The notes below the pieces were generated by a model that searched no databases, was not told the origin of the DNA, and saw only the letters and a program-made list of their open reading frames with translations. A DNA stretch of 64,000 bases from an uncultured Muribaculaceae bacterium (GTDB taxonomy: Bacteria; Bacillota_I; Bacilli_A; RF39; UBA660): positions 47,310-111,309 of the forward strand of contig CAYNFP010000004.1 of NCBI GenBank assembly GCA_964396655.1, in the 5' to 3' direction. Numbering within the stretch: position 1 is the first letter of the stretch; every line of letters starts with the position of its first letter. Of the stretch, positions 1 to 9,057 are shown in pieces. The translations under genes were made by a program, and so were the position numbers.

Positions 1-446
1 TCAATAAACTTAAATTTGCAAATTGCTTCATCAAGACTTAATCTAATGTTTTTTTCAGTTACTTTATTGATTATTATTATATCAAAAAGCATACCTATAA
101 TTGTGTTCAAAACATTTTTAGGTAATTCAATATAATCCTTGTGTTTTTCAAATACTTCAATGCAACCCAAAATGTTTTTTAATCCATTTCTTCCAAGATT
201 TATATTTTTAAAACCCACTATTAATAATTCTTTAATTTTTTCTTTGTTTTCATATTTTGAATTTGATAAAACTAGCATTACTACAATAAAAATAAATTTT
301 AATCTTTCAAGGTAATTAAATTCAATTTTAACTAATTTTAATATAGCTTCAGTCGCTAAAATCATTTCTTCCTTTAAAATTTTTTCTGCTTCTTTAAAAC
401 TTGATAACAAATCAATTAATATATTTAATTCTTCAACGCTTTCCAT
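1..446 (-). CDS. hypothetical protein, 3' end cut by the window edge (148 codons visible, MESVEELNILIDLLSSFKEAEK...)
   Basis: Hand translation of the minus strand from the ATG at 446-444 stays open to position 1. An AAAGGGGA Shine-Dalgarno-like motif lies upstream. It is absent from the ORF track because no stop falls in the window. No domain recognised. Confidence 0.5.
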   Translation of the reverse strand, partial: MESVEELNILIDLLSSFKEAEKILKEEMILATEAILKLVKIEFNYLERLKFIFIVVMLVLSNSKYENKEKIKELLIVGFKNINLGRNGLKNILGCIEVFEKHKDYIELPKNVLNTIIGMLFDIIIINKVTEKNIRLSLDEAICKFKFI

Positions 447-524
447 AGTATCCCCTTTAATAAGGACATATTATATAAAAAAAATGACTAAAAGTCAATT
501 TTTTCATTGTTGTATGTAGAAATT

Positions 525-1076
525 TTATGATAATGTCAATATAGATATCATTTCCTCTGTATCAGTTTCTATCTTGTCCATAAACTCTTGTTCTGTAAGA
601 TTTATATCATCATTAGGGATATAATTTATAAAATTTCTGCTGTTATATAAAATCTCTTCTCTTTTATTTAAACATGCAAATCTTACAACTTGTATTTTTT
701 CTATGCTTATAATATTTACATATAAATTTTTCAAAAAAAGATAGTCATTTACTTTAACCATTTTATTTAAAATATAATATAATTTTTTTAAACAATCTTT
801 TTCAAATGAAATTTCATATAAATATTCATCTAAAAAATCTTCAAAATCTTCTTTATAATCCGATTCTGAATAAAATAAAAATAACAATGCTTTTTGATAA
901 TAATAGTATAAGAAACCTCTAAAATTTGTAATTGTTAATTCTTTTAATTTTAATTCCAAATATTCAATCATTTTATAAATTCTTGGATTTTTTGTATCAA
1001 CAAGACTCATTATGTATTCTATTTCTTTAATAATTTTATTATATATGATTTCTTCTTCTGTTATTTCTTCTTCCAT
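525..1076 (-). CDS. hypothetical protein (183 aa, acidic N-terminus, K/E/Y/I-rich)
   Basis: ORF track entry. AGGAGGG SD upstream of the ATG. No recognisable motif. Confidence 0.6.
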   Translation of the reverse strand: MEEEITEEEIIYNKIIKEIEYIMSLVDTKNPRIYKMIEYLELKLKELTITNFRGFLYYYYQKALLFLFYSESDYKEDFEDFLDEYLYEISFEKDCLKKLYYILNKMVKVNDYLFLKNLYVNIISIEKIQVVRFACLNKREEILYNSRNFINYIPNDDINLTEQEFMDKIETDTEEMISILTLS

Positions 1077-1102
1077 AAACCCTCCTAATTACTAATTACT
1101 TA

Positions 1103-1714
1103 TTATTTATTTCTTTTTAATACATTATTAATTTTTTCTTTTATATATTTGACATATGATATAAAAACATATTTTTTTATTTCTTTAATTTCTTTTTTCA
1201 TTAAATCAACAATTGATTTTACATTATTAAAAAGTTCCTCATCATTTTCATATTTGCACCCATCTATAAATTCTATATATTCACTATTACAAGCAACCTT
1301 AACATCAAGAACTTTAAAATAATCGTAAATTTCTTCTTGAATTAAAGCTAGCCCACATAAAACGGATATTTCCTTGTACAAAAAATCATTATCAATCATT
1401 TCAGATGCACCATAAATAACTATGTATTCATTGAGACTTTTCAAAGCATTAAACAAAAAATTTAACATCTTACAAATTTTAACAATATCTTTTTCGTATT
1501 TTAATTGTTTATAATTATTGACTTCTCTAATATAGATTGTAACAATTTCTTCAAAAGCTAAACAGATAGCTACTTCTCTAGAAAGTAATTCTTTTCCATA
1601 AGCATATACTTCATTTAAAAATTTGAAATTAAATTTATTCTTTTTGCCATTTTTATTTAATTTATTCAAATATTTTGATATTAAATCATAGTCGATTCCT
1701 AATTTATCATCCAT
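1103..1714 (-). CDS. hypothetical protein (203 aa)
   Basis: ORF track entry. AGGAAA SD-like motif upstream. No recognisable motif. Confidence 0.6.
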   Translation of the reverse strand: MDDKLGIDYDLISKYLNKLNKNGKKNKFNFKFLNEVYAYGKELLSREVAICLAFEEIVTIYIREVNNYKQLKYEKDIVKICKMLNFLFNALKSLNEYIVIYGASEMIDNDFLYKEISVLCGLALIQEEIYDYFKVLDVKVACNSEYIEFIDGCKYENDEELFNNVKSIVDLMKKEIKEIKKYVFISYVKYIKEKINNVLKRNK

Positions 1715-1752
1715 AAACTTATTTCCTATATTTTTATTATAATATAATAACT

Positions 1753-1781
1753 AAAAAAAACAAACCTAAAGTTGTTTGTTT
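1753..1781 (-). terminator. putative intrinsic terminator downstream of the LigD-Pol gene
   Basis: aaacaaac (1758-1765) pairs with gtttgttt (1774-1781). An A-run on the plus strand gives a T-tract on the minus strand. Confidence 0.5.
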
Positions 1782-1792
1782 AAATTAATAAT

Positions 1793-2659
1793 TTATCTAA
1801 TTTCTTGATTAACATTAAAGAAGTCTACCCAAGGATCTTTTTTCTGAATTCTTTTAATTGCTTCATACATTGTAATACCATTAGGAGCTATAGAATCAAG
1901 TTCTTTCCATGATATAGGCATAGATACTGTAGCAGTTTTTCTGGCTCTTAATGAATAAGGTGCAACACTAGTAGCGCCTTTAATATTTCTAATCCAATCA
2001 ACAAAAATTTTGTTTTTTCTATTTATCTTTCTAACATTTGAAACATATTTATCTGGCCATTTTTGTTCCATAACTATTGCTATATTTTTTGAAAACTCTC
2101 TGATTTTTTTCCAACTTGCTGATGGATTTATAGGTACTACTATATGATATCCTTTTCCTCCACTCGTTTTTAAAAACGATTTAAGTGAAAGTTCATCAAG
2201 TATACTTTTTAAATCTCTTACTCCTTCTCTTATTTTATCTAAATTCATTCCTTCATCAGGATCTAAATCAAATACTATTATATCTGGTTTATTTAAAGCT
2301 TTTACAGTACTACCCCATATGTGAAATTCTATTGTGTCCATTTGAACTTCAGAAATAAAACCAGAAATATTTTTTATGTAATAATAGTCCTCTTTCTCAC
2401 CATCTTTATTTAAAATATCCAATTTACCAATTCCCTTATTTTTAGTAATCAAATGCTTTTTAAAAAAGCAAGATTCATTAACACCATCTGGACAACGAAT
2501 AGTGCTTATAAGTCTGTTATCTAAAAAAGGTTTCATTATAGGATATACTTTTTGATAATATTTAACAACTTCTTCTTTAGTTGTTTTAGATTTTTTATAA
2601 AGTATTTTATCTGGGTTTGATATTTTAATTTTTTCAATAATAAATTCACTATTTTTCAT
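1793..2659 (-). CDS. stand-alone LigD-type NHEJ polymerase/primase (AEP) domain protein
   Basis: Full-length resemblance to the LigD PolDom: IVFDLDP, KTSGGKGYHIVVP, KIFVDWIRNIKGATSVAPYSLRA. Overlaps the upstream PE gene by 11 nt. Confidence 0.85.
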   Translation of the reverse strand: MKNSEFIIEKIKISNPDKILYKKSKTTKEEVVKYYQKVYPIMKPFLDNRLISTIRCPDGVNESCFFKKHLITKNKGIGKLDILNKDGEKEDYYYIKNISGFISEVQMDTIEFHIWGSTVKALNKPDIIVFDLDPDEGMNLDKIREGVRDLKSILDELSLKSFLKTSGGKGYHIVVPINPSASWKKIREFSKNIAIVMEQKWPDKYVSNVRKINRKNKIFVDWIRNIKGATSVAPYSLRARKTATVSMPISWKELDSIAPNGITMYEAIKRIQKKDPWVDFFNVNQEIR

Positions 2660-3203
2660 CTTTTTCTATCCTTTTCATACTAAAACCAGTTCTAATACTT
2701 GTTTTAAATTTTTCAATATATGAAACTTCCTTACTATATTCATCTCTTTCTTTAATAAGAAGCCAATTATTATCTTCCATTCTCACCATTGCCCACTTTC
2801 CTTTAAGTCTTTTACCATTTAAAGCAAATTTTAAAGAGCCTTCACTTAAACCTTCTTTAGGATTATTTATTGGTTCCCAAGAACCTTCATCCCAAATCAT
2901 AACAGTTCCGCTACCATACTCACCTTTAGGAATAATGCCTTCAAAATTGCGATAATCAAGCGGATGATCTTCAACTTCTATAGCGAGTCTTTTATCAAGA
3001 GGATTATAAGAAGGTCCTTTTGGTATAGCCCAACTTTTTAAAACTCCAGCCCATTCTAAACGAAAATCATAATGATCTTTTCTTGCAATATGATGTTGAA
3101 CAACAAATTTTAGTTTTTTAGAGATTTTACCAACTTTGCCAATAGGCTCACTTGTTTTTTCAAAAGTTCTTTTTAATTTATATTTAATTAATTTATCTTT
3201 CAT
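2649..3203 (-). CDS. stand-alone LigD-type 3'-phosphoesterase (PE) domain protein
   Basis: FVVQHHIARKDHYDFRLEWAGVLKSWAIPKGPS...EDHPLDYRNFEGIIPKGEYGSGTVMIWD matches the LigD PE signature. AAGGAG SD. Confidence 0.85.
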   Translation of the reverse strand: MKDKLIKYKLKRTFEKTSEPIGKVGKISKKLKFVVQHHIARKDHYDFRLEWAGVLKSWAIPKGPSYNPLDKRLAIEVEDHPLDYRNFEGIIPKGEYGSGTVMIWDEGSWEPINNPKEGLSEGSLKFALNGKRLKGKWAMVRMEDNNWLLIKERDEYSKEVSYIEKFKTSIRTGFSMKRIEKDEK

Positions 3204-3308
3204 TTAATAACTCCTTATTATTACTCTTTGAATTTTAATTAAAATTATTCGTAAAATAAAAATTTAAAATTTATTATTTCTTATAATAATTATAAGATAA
3301 ATCTATAT

Positions 3309-3337
3309 AAAAAAACAACATAGTAATTATGTTGTTT
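3309..3337 (-). terminator. intrinsic terminator after the 3350..4123 gene
   Basis: 9-bp stem aaacaacat/atgttgttt with a 7-nt loop, followed by a T-run on the minus strand. Confidence 0.65.
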
Positions 3338-3349
3338 AAATAAAAACTT

Positions 3350-4123
3350 TTATTCTAATGTCCTTTTAGGAATATTAGATACTTCCCATTGCATTGGTCT
3401 TATTTTACGAAGTTTTTTTACAAATTCTATTTCTTTTATAACTTGTGAAGCCATTTCAAAAGGTAATCTATTATATACTTCCTCAGGACTAATATATAAT
3501 ATTTCATCTATGTAAATTACTGGTACTTCTTTTGGACAACAAAAATTAACAATATCCCACTCCCAAGTTTCAAGGTAATCATCATATTCTTCAGCATTAG
3601 CATAAAAATCAAAAACCAACTGTTCGATTTTATCAGCAAAATTATGATTTTTTAATATATAACAACGAATATCATATGCACCCAAACCGTGTGCTTGACT
3701 TCTATTCATGGCTTCAGATATTATAAACTCTTTTTGTTCTTCAGTTAATTCAAGTTCATCATTGAATAAAACATATAATAAAAATGAATAATGTGCAGTT
3801 CCATATAAAACACTTTGTAATCCAATTTTTGCAAGATCTGCGTTGGAACAAATTTTATTCACTAATTTTTGATACAATTCTTTATCTACATTTGTATAAT
3901 CAATCAAAATAGATTCCACTATTGCGTTAGCTTTAAATATATCATCACCAAATTTAGTCTTTACAACTTCCGTTGCAAGTTCTAGAATTTTTTTATCTTT
4001 TCTTATTTCGCCCCATAGTTTTTCAAATTTTTGTTTTTGTTCTTTAGAATATTTTATACCATTATATTGTAATGTGAGTAATGCATCATCAGTCTCTTTT
4101 AATCTTTGAGCTAAATCATTCAT
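3350..4123 (-). CDS. hypothetical protein (257 aa)
   Basis: ORF track entry. AAGGAGG SD. No motif recognised. Confidence 0.65.
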   Translation of the reverse strand: MNDLAQRLKETDDALLTLQYNGIKYSKEQKQKFEKLWGEIRKDKKILELATEVVKTKFGDDIFKANAIVESILIDYTNVDKELYQKLVNKICSNADLAKIGLQSVLYGTAHYSFLLYVLFNDELELTEEQKEFIISEAMNRSQAHGLGAYDIRCYILKNHNFADKIEQLVFDFYANAEEYDDYLETWEWDIVNFCCPKEVPVIYIDEILYISPEEVYNRLPFEMASQVIKEIEFVKKLRKIRPMQWEVSNIPKRTLE

Positions 4124-4260
4124 GTAATAAAACCTCCTTGTTTATATGTATTTAATATTTATGTTAAACTAATTTTAAAAAAAGTCAACAATATTAATTT
4201 GATGTCCAGTTCCATTATCATAGGTGATTGCCTCAAACAAATTATAAATTTTTTTTAAAA

Positions 4261-4287
4261 CAAAAAAAATCTAGTACTAACTAGATT
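4261..4287 (-). terminator. intrinsic terminator after tRNA-Met
   Basis: aatctagt (4268-4275) pairs with actagatt (4280-4287), loop acta, followed by a T-run on the minus strand. Confidence 0.65.
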
Positions 4288-4299
4288 TAAATTTACTAT

Positions 4300-4376
4300 T
4301 GGTAGCGAGAGTGAGGATCGAACTCACGACCTCACGGGTATGAACCGTGCGCTCTAACCAGCTGAGCTACCTCGCC
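4300..4376 (-). tRNA. tRNA-Met (anticodon CAT); could instead be the lysidine-modified tRNA-Ile2. Not initiator-like.
   Basis: Manual cloverleaf on the minus strand: acceptor GGCGAGG/TCTCGCT, D arm GCTC-AGCTGGTTA-GAGC, anticodon arm CACGG-TTCATAC-CCGTG, T arm GTGAG-TTCGATC-CTCAC, encoded CCA. Confidence 0.9.
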
Positions 4377-4416
4377 ATTTCAGCAAAGGTATTATACCAA
4401 ATACTGAATTAAATTG

Positions 4417-5715
4417 CTATATTTTTTTATTTTTTTCTTTATAAAATATTGTAATCATAAAGAACATTGCTAAAGTTACTGCTGAAATTAATAAAAATAC
4501 ACTTTTATAAGTATCTATTAAATTTGTTTTATTTAATAATTGGAAAATATATGCATATATTTTATCTCCAAAAAATATTCCTACTGCAAAGAAAGTTTGA
4601 AAAATACTCATTGATACTTCTCTATAATCTTTTTCAAATGGTTCCATAGCAAGACCTATTAATATATTATAAGTAATACCATAACCAAATCCATTTAATG
4701 AATATGCTAAGAATAACAATAATGAATTATTACTTAAAACAGGAATTGTTGTAAATAATAAAGTTAATGCTAAACCTAGTAATAAAGTATTTTTTATACC
4801 TATTTTCTTTTTCAAATAAGTGCCAACTAACACACCAGATATAAGCTGTGCGAAGGAAAATATAACATCTGCATAAGCAAGCCCTAAAGGACTCATATGC
4901 ACTTGCGCTAAGTTAGCTAAAGCTACAAAATTTGCTCCAGATGAACCAAATTTTATAAATGATATAATAATTCCTAATAAACAAAATAATAAGAATAATT
5001 TATTTTTCATAACAGATTTTACTTTATCCCAAGTAAAATTTCTAACTTTTTCTTTATTATCTTTAAAGAATAAACAAGCTATAAATGCTATTAAAGCAAG
5101 AATAGCACTTGCTAACCATAAATAATTATAATTTTTTACAACACCTTTTGTAAAAATATATTGAATTGGAGCTGATAAAAATTCTCCAAATAAAGGTGCT
5201 ATTGATAAAATTGAAACAGATTTAATTGCATTTTCTTTACTAAATGTCTCAGCAAACATTACATTAAATAAAGATATAAATGAAGCTCCTATACCAATTG
5301 CTAAAGATGACATAAATATTGTGGTATATGTAGGATGTAAAAATGCTATTAAAGAACTTACTCCTATAAAGAATATTGATAATAATATAAAGAATTTTCT
5401 ACTTTTAAAATAATCACTTAAGAAAAATATTGGCAATCTTACAAATATAGAAATCAATCCATATATAGCCACAACAGCTACAGCAGCCATTTCTCCTAAT
5501 CCAAGACCTCCAGTAGAAGGATCTCCTATTATATAAACTTTTCTATAACTTCTTGTAACTATAATAGACATCCAGAATATTACAAATAAACTAAATATTA
5601 ATATTTGGTACTTAGTAAGTTTATATTTTTTTGCCAGTATAGCAAATATTATAATAGCTATTAAAGCTACTACTATAGAAAACATTGCTTTGTTATTTAA
5701 CAAAAATTCACTCAT
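4417..5715 (-). CDS. MFS-type transporter (about 12 TM segments)
   Basis: 432 aa, hydrophobic throughout, with a central loop (FKDNKEKVRNF) between two 6-TM halves. Confidence 0.7.
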   Translation of the reverse strand: MSEFLLNNKAMFSIVVALIAIIIFAILAKKYKLTKYQILIFSLFVIFWMSIIVTRSYRKVYIIGDPSTGGLGLGEMAAVAVVAIYGLISIFVRLPIFFLSDYFKSRKFFILLSIFFIGVSSLIAFLHPTYTTIFMSSLAIGIGASFISLFNVMFAETFSKENAIKSVSILSIAPLFGEFLSAPIQYIFTKGVVKNYNYLWLASAILALIAFIACLFFKDNKEKVRNFTWDKVKSVMKNKLFLLFCLLGIIISFIKFGSSGANFVALANLAQVHMSPLGLAYADVIFSFAQLISGVLVGTYLKKKIGIKNTLLLGLALTLLFTTIPVLSNNSLLLFLAYSLNGFGYGITYNILIGLAMEPFEKDYREVSMSIFQTFFAVGIFFGDKIYAYIFQLLNKTNLIDTYKSVFLLISAVTLAMFFMITIFYKEKNKKI

Positions 5716-5767
5716 TTCAAATCACCAAAATTATTTTACCATAAAAAAACAAAAAAGAAATATATTT

Positions 5768-6517
5768 TTATTTTTTGGATATTTCTTTTATATATTCTTT
5801 AATTATTATTTTAAATTTATTAAATCTAATTTCATTTATCTTATTATCATCTAAATATACCCTTTTATTTATTTCAATCATTATAGATTTAAATCTTATA
5901 TTTTTGTTTTTATAAAATATATTAGGAACCATAGTACCAACATATGGATAATTTATTTTAACACTATATCCTAAATTTTTAAAATATGCTTCAGTAAATT
6001 TAGTTATATTTTTATCTTCAAAATTAATATCTACTCCTATACAAATATCGGGATTATTTTCCAAATTTAATAATTTTTTTATTTTAGTATCAGAAAAACT
6101 ATGTAAATCAACTAATAAGCATTTGTTATACTTATCAATAATTTCATTAGATAAATTATCTAACTCATTATGATGCTTATCATAATATTTATTTATTACA
6201 TAATTTTTATATTCATCACTATAATTAATAAACTTCTCTTTATCAGAAGTATGAGTATAAATAAATCCCATACCTATTTTAGACATACTTTCTAAATTAT
6301 CATCTTTAAATCTTTCAACATCACAAAACAATCTACTATATTTAAATATTAGTTTATTTACTTTTAAATTTTTAATTAATTTATCTACATATAAATCACA
6401 TAACTCTAAATTTTCTTTATTTATTTTCTCTTCATTTAATATAATATTTTTATAAAATATTTTAGGTAACTTTAAAGATGAATGTGGTATATGTATTAAT
6501 ATAAATGAATTTTCCAT
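5768..6517 (-). CDS. N-formylglutamate amidohydrolase (FGase) family zinc amidohydrolase
   Basis: Family motifs: IHIPHSS near the N-terminus, CDVERF, DLHSF, MIEINK. AAGGAGA SD. Starts 1 nt after the upstream gene. Confidence 0.65.
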   Translation of the reverse strand: MENSFILIHIPHSSLKLPKIFYKNIILNEEKINKENLELCDLYVDKLIKNLKVNKLIFKYSRLFCDVERFKDDNLESMSKIGMGFIYTHTSDKEKFINYSDEYKNYVINKYYDKHHNELDNLSNEIIDKYNKCLLVDLHSFSDTKIKKLLNLENNPDICIGVDINFEDKNITKFTEAYFKNLGYSVKINYPYVGTMVPNIFYKNKNIRFKSIMIEINKRVYLDDNKINEIRFNKFKIIIKEYIKEISKK

Positions 6518-6518
6518 A

Positions 6519-7721
6519 CTATTTTATCTCCTTTAAAATTTTATAATAACCGGTTTTAAAATATTTGAATCCATTTTTTTTAATCATATTAGGAACTCTA
6601 TTGCTTTTTGTAGAATCAGTACAAACAGTAATTGTCTCAATTTTATCTTCAAAAGCTTTATTTTTTATATAATTAAATAGTAGGCTCCCTATTCCTTTAG
6701 ATCTGAATTCCGGAAGTGTATAACCTAGATATATATGAAGATTATCTTCTCTTTCAACGGTATAAGTTAAAACACTAATAATTTTGTCACCATCAAAATA
6801 AGCGATACAATTTTCTCCGCATTTTTCCCAATCCATTTCTTCTCCATTTTGGTCAAACATTTCTGGTGTTCTTTTAGATAATTCATGTTCTTGTTCGATT
6901 AGCAAATCAATAATTTTTTCCCTATCTTCAATTATTTTTATATTAGGATCAACACTTTCTTTTTTATTTGGTCTATATATAAACCAATCATAATCAGAAA
7001 TAAAAGAATTCTTTTTTAATATTTTACTTATTATAATATTATTTTTATTTACTGTTATTTCTATTGAGTCTTCTTTTATTTTATTTAGATTTTTTATAAT
7101 CTTTTTCAATGTAAAATAATTTTGTTTATCATATATACAAAAAGATGAAATTTCTTTAAATTTAAAATAAATAGTGGATTTTTCTATTTCTTTAAATTTT
7201 TTTATTAACTCATCATATCTCATGTTTATATCATATCTTATTATTGCTATAATTGTTGAAACCAAGAATAATGAGTCTCCTATAAATGCGGTATAAGCTC
7301 CAACTAAAATATCAAAAGTTGTATAAAATAACAAGAAAATAAAAGTAAATAATCTTACATCTTTTTCTTTCTTTTGTATTAACATAAATATAAATGGTAT
7401 ACAAGATAATATTGAAAAAAGATCTACCCAAGTTTTATAAAATATAGAAGAAATACCTAATGATGTAATTAATAAAATTATTATTAACCATTTAGGTATA
7501 GTTTTATTTTTTCTGTCAAATTGATAATTAATAATAGTTTCTATTGCCATTATAAAACAAGTTATAACACCACTATAAGCTTTAAGAAAATAAAAACTAA
7601 TAACAAAAAATGAACAGGCAATTATGTATGATATTAATATTTGTTTTTTAGTTTTAAGTTGTATTCCTATAATATTGGTTAAAGTGGCTAAAGCTCCGGA
7701 TATTTGTGCTATTATATTCAT
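6519..7721 (-). CDS. fusion protein: YgjV-like multi-TM membrane module (N-terminus) + linker + GNAT acetyltransferase (C-terminus)
   Basis: Residues 1-165 resemble E. coli YgjV in overall pattern, ending ...GAYTAFIGDSLFLVSTIIAIIRYD. The C-terminus has GNAT motif A (LPEFRSKGIGSLLFNYI). Confidence 0.6.
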   Translation of the reverse strand: MNIIAQISGALATLTNIIGIQLKTKKQILISYIIACSFFVISFYFLKAYSGVITCFIMAIETIINYQFDRKNKTIPKWLIIILLITSLGISSIFYKTWVDLFSILSCIPFIFMLIQKKEKDVRLFTFIFLLFYTTFDILVGAYTAFIGDSLFLVSTIIAIIRYDINMRYDELIKKFKEIEKSTIYFKFKEISSFCIYDKQNYFTLKKIIKNLNKIKEDSIEITVNKNNIIISKILKKNSFISDYDWFIYRPNKKESVDPNIKIIEDREKIIDLLIEQEHELSKRTPEMFDQNGEEMDWEKCGENCIAYFDGDKIISVLTYTVEREDNLHIYLGYTLPEFRSKGIGSLLFNYIKNKAFEDKIETITVCTDSTKSNRVPNMIKKNGFKYFKTGYYKILKEIK

Positions 7722-7734
7722 AATAAAGTTCCTT

Positions 7735-8606
7735 TCACTTAGTATACTTATTTTTTACACAATAAGAAATTAATTCTACAAAATATTTTATTTCGTTTTC
7801 TTCAAGAGGTCTTTCTTTAGGAATATTATACCATTTTTTTAAACTTTCCTACAACAAGTACCAGTAGCGTGTTGCGCTAAATAAATTATATTTCCACTAA
7901 AAGGGGTTTGTCTTCCATCATTTTCTTTACATATATAAATACTTTCTATTAACCTTCTTTTTATTTCATCTTTTGAAATTTCTTTATCTAAAATTTTATT
8001 ATTGCAATAATAATTTATCCAATCATAATTCCATTTTGATTTTTCAAGTTCTTTAATTACTAAATCAAATTTTGTATTTAATTTTGAAAGTTCTTCTTTA
8101 TTTATAATGCAATTATTACATTTTTCACACTTTAAATCTTCATTAACTAAATGATGGTTGTTTCCACAATCATATAATTTTTTCTTTATTTGTTTGTTAT
8201 ATAGCAAAAAAGTATCTTTTATATTATTAAAAGAAATAAAAGCTTGCCTATTTTTCTTGATTATTGAAAATGATTTAATAAATTTTGGATTATTAATATA
8301 AATTAAAGTTGCATATTTACTATCTTTTTTAGATTCCCAGAACTTGTTTGGAGCAGTTATTAAATTATTATATTTATTTTTTATTTCATTTATTTTTTTA
8401 GAATTTAAATTATCAAAAAACATAACATCTTTAACTTCAAAAGAAGCTAAAATATTACCTCCGCTTTTTTTTAAATACACAATATCATTTTTATTAATAT
8501 TATTAAATGGAGTTATTTTATTTTTTGAAAATCTACTTTCTATTTTTTTTATACCATTAACTATATTATTTATAGTTAATTCATCCATTATTGCTATATG
8601 TTCCAT
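7735..8606 (-). pseudogene. ASCH domain + Cys-cluster/DUF4186-like protein, reading frame broken by a 1-nt frameshift at a T3A7 run
   Basis: The ORF 7839..8606 ends ...AQHATGTCCRKV*. A second frame continues directly as KKWYNIPKERPLEENEIKYFVELISYCVKNKYTK* (stop at 7735-7737). Together these reconstruct the DUF4186 C-terminal motif CCRxCLxKW... Confidence 0.6.
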
Positions 8607-8607
8607 A

Positions 8608-9057
8608 TTAAATAAATTCTATGTCAGAAGTTTCTAATTTTAAAGCATAAACATCAGCTTCTTTTTTCTTATCTTCTAAATATCCCAAAGAAATAACATG
8701 ATCATCTCCATCATAATCCGTAAAAGAACATTTACCTTCAACTAATTCTTCTTCTCCAAATTCTATATTTTTTATATATTGATGACCTTCTCCAACTTTT
8801 TTAAATATCTCATTTTTATATTCTATAGTTTCATCATCTGTTTTTTGATAATTCATATTATCTATAACTTCCCCAATATAAATAATATTATCACTAGGAA
8901 TAACAACTAAAACTTTACCCTCACTAAGTTCACATTTAATATAACTCACACTTTCATCTTCCATAATTGAGTACCAAGTTTTTGTTTTTATTTTATACTT
9001 TTCTCCTTTTACAACTATTACATTATTTTCTTTTAAATTTTCAATTATTTCTTTCAT
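8608..9057 (-). CDS. hypothetical protein, possibly DUF4178-like
   Basis: 149-aa ORF abutting both neighbours (1-nt gap downstream, 17-nt overlap upstream). The domain guess rests on general pattern only. Confidence 0.55.
   Translation of the reverse strand: MKEIIENLKENNVIVVKGEKYKIKTKTWYSIMEDESVSYIKCELSEGKVLVVIPSDNIIYIGEVIDNMNYQKTDDETIEYKNEIFKKVGEGHQYIKNIEFGEEELVEGKCSFTDYDGDDHVISLGYLEDKKKEADVYALKLETSDIEFI

Noticed and set aside
4467-4649. The ORF track lists 60-130 codon ORFs lying antisense to long genes. Examples: 4467..4649, 8344..8637, 10386..10625, 11756..12095, 14988..15233, 17797..18009, 25023..26191, 26653..26895, 29434..29721, 31973..32185.
   Set aside because: They lie entirely inside well-supported genes on the other strand. 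They have no SD motifs, and their F/L/I/S-rich composition is what antisense AT-rich coding sequence produces.
7834-7843. Programmed ribosomal frameshifting at the T3A7 site of the ASCH-DUF4186 gene.
   Set aside because: The stop codon lies within the run and no downstream stimulatory structure is obvious. A homopolymer length error or a mutation is the simpler explanation. I report it as a frameshift to verify, not as recoding.
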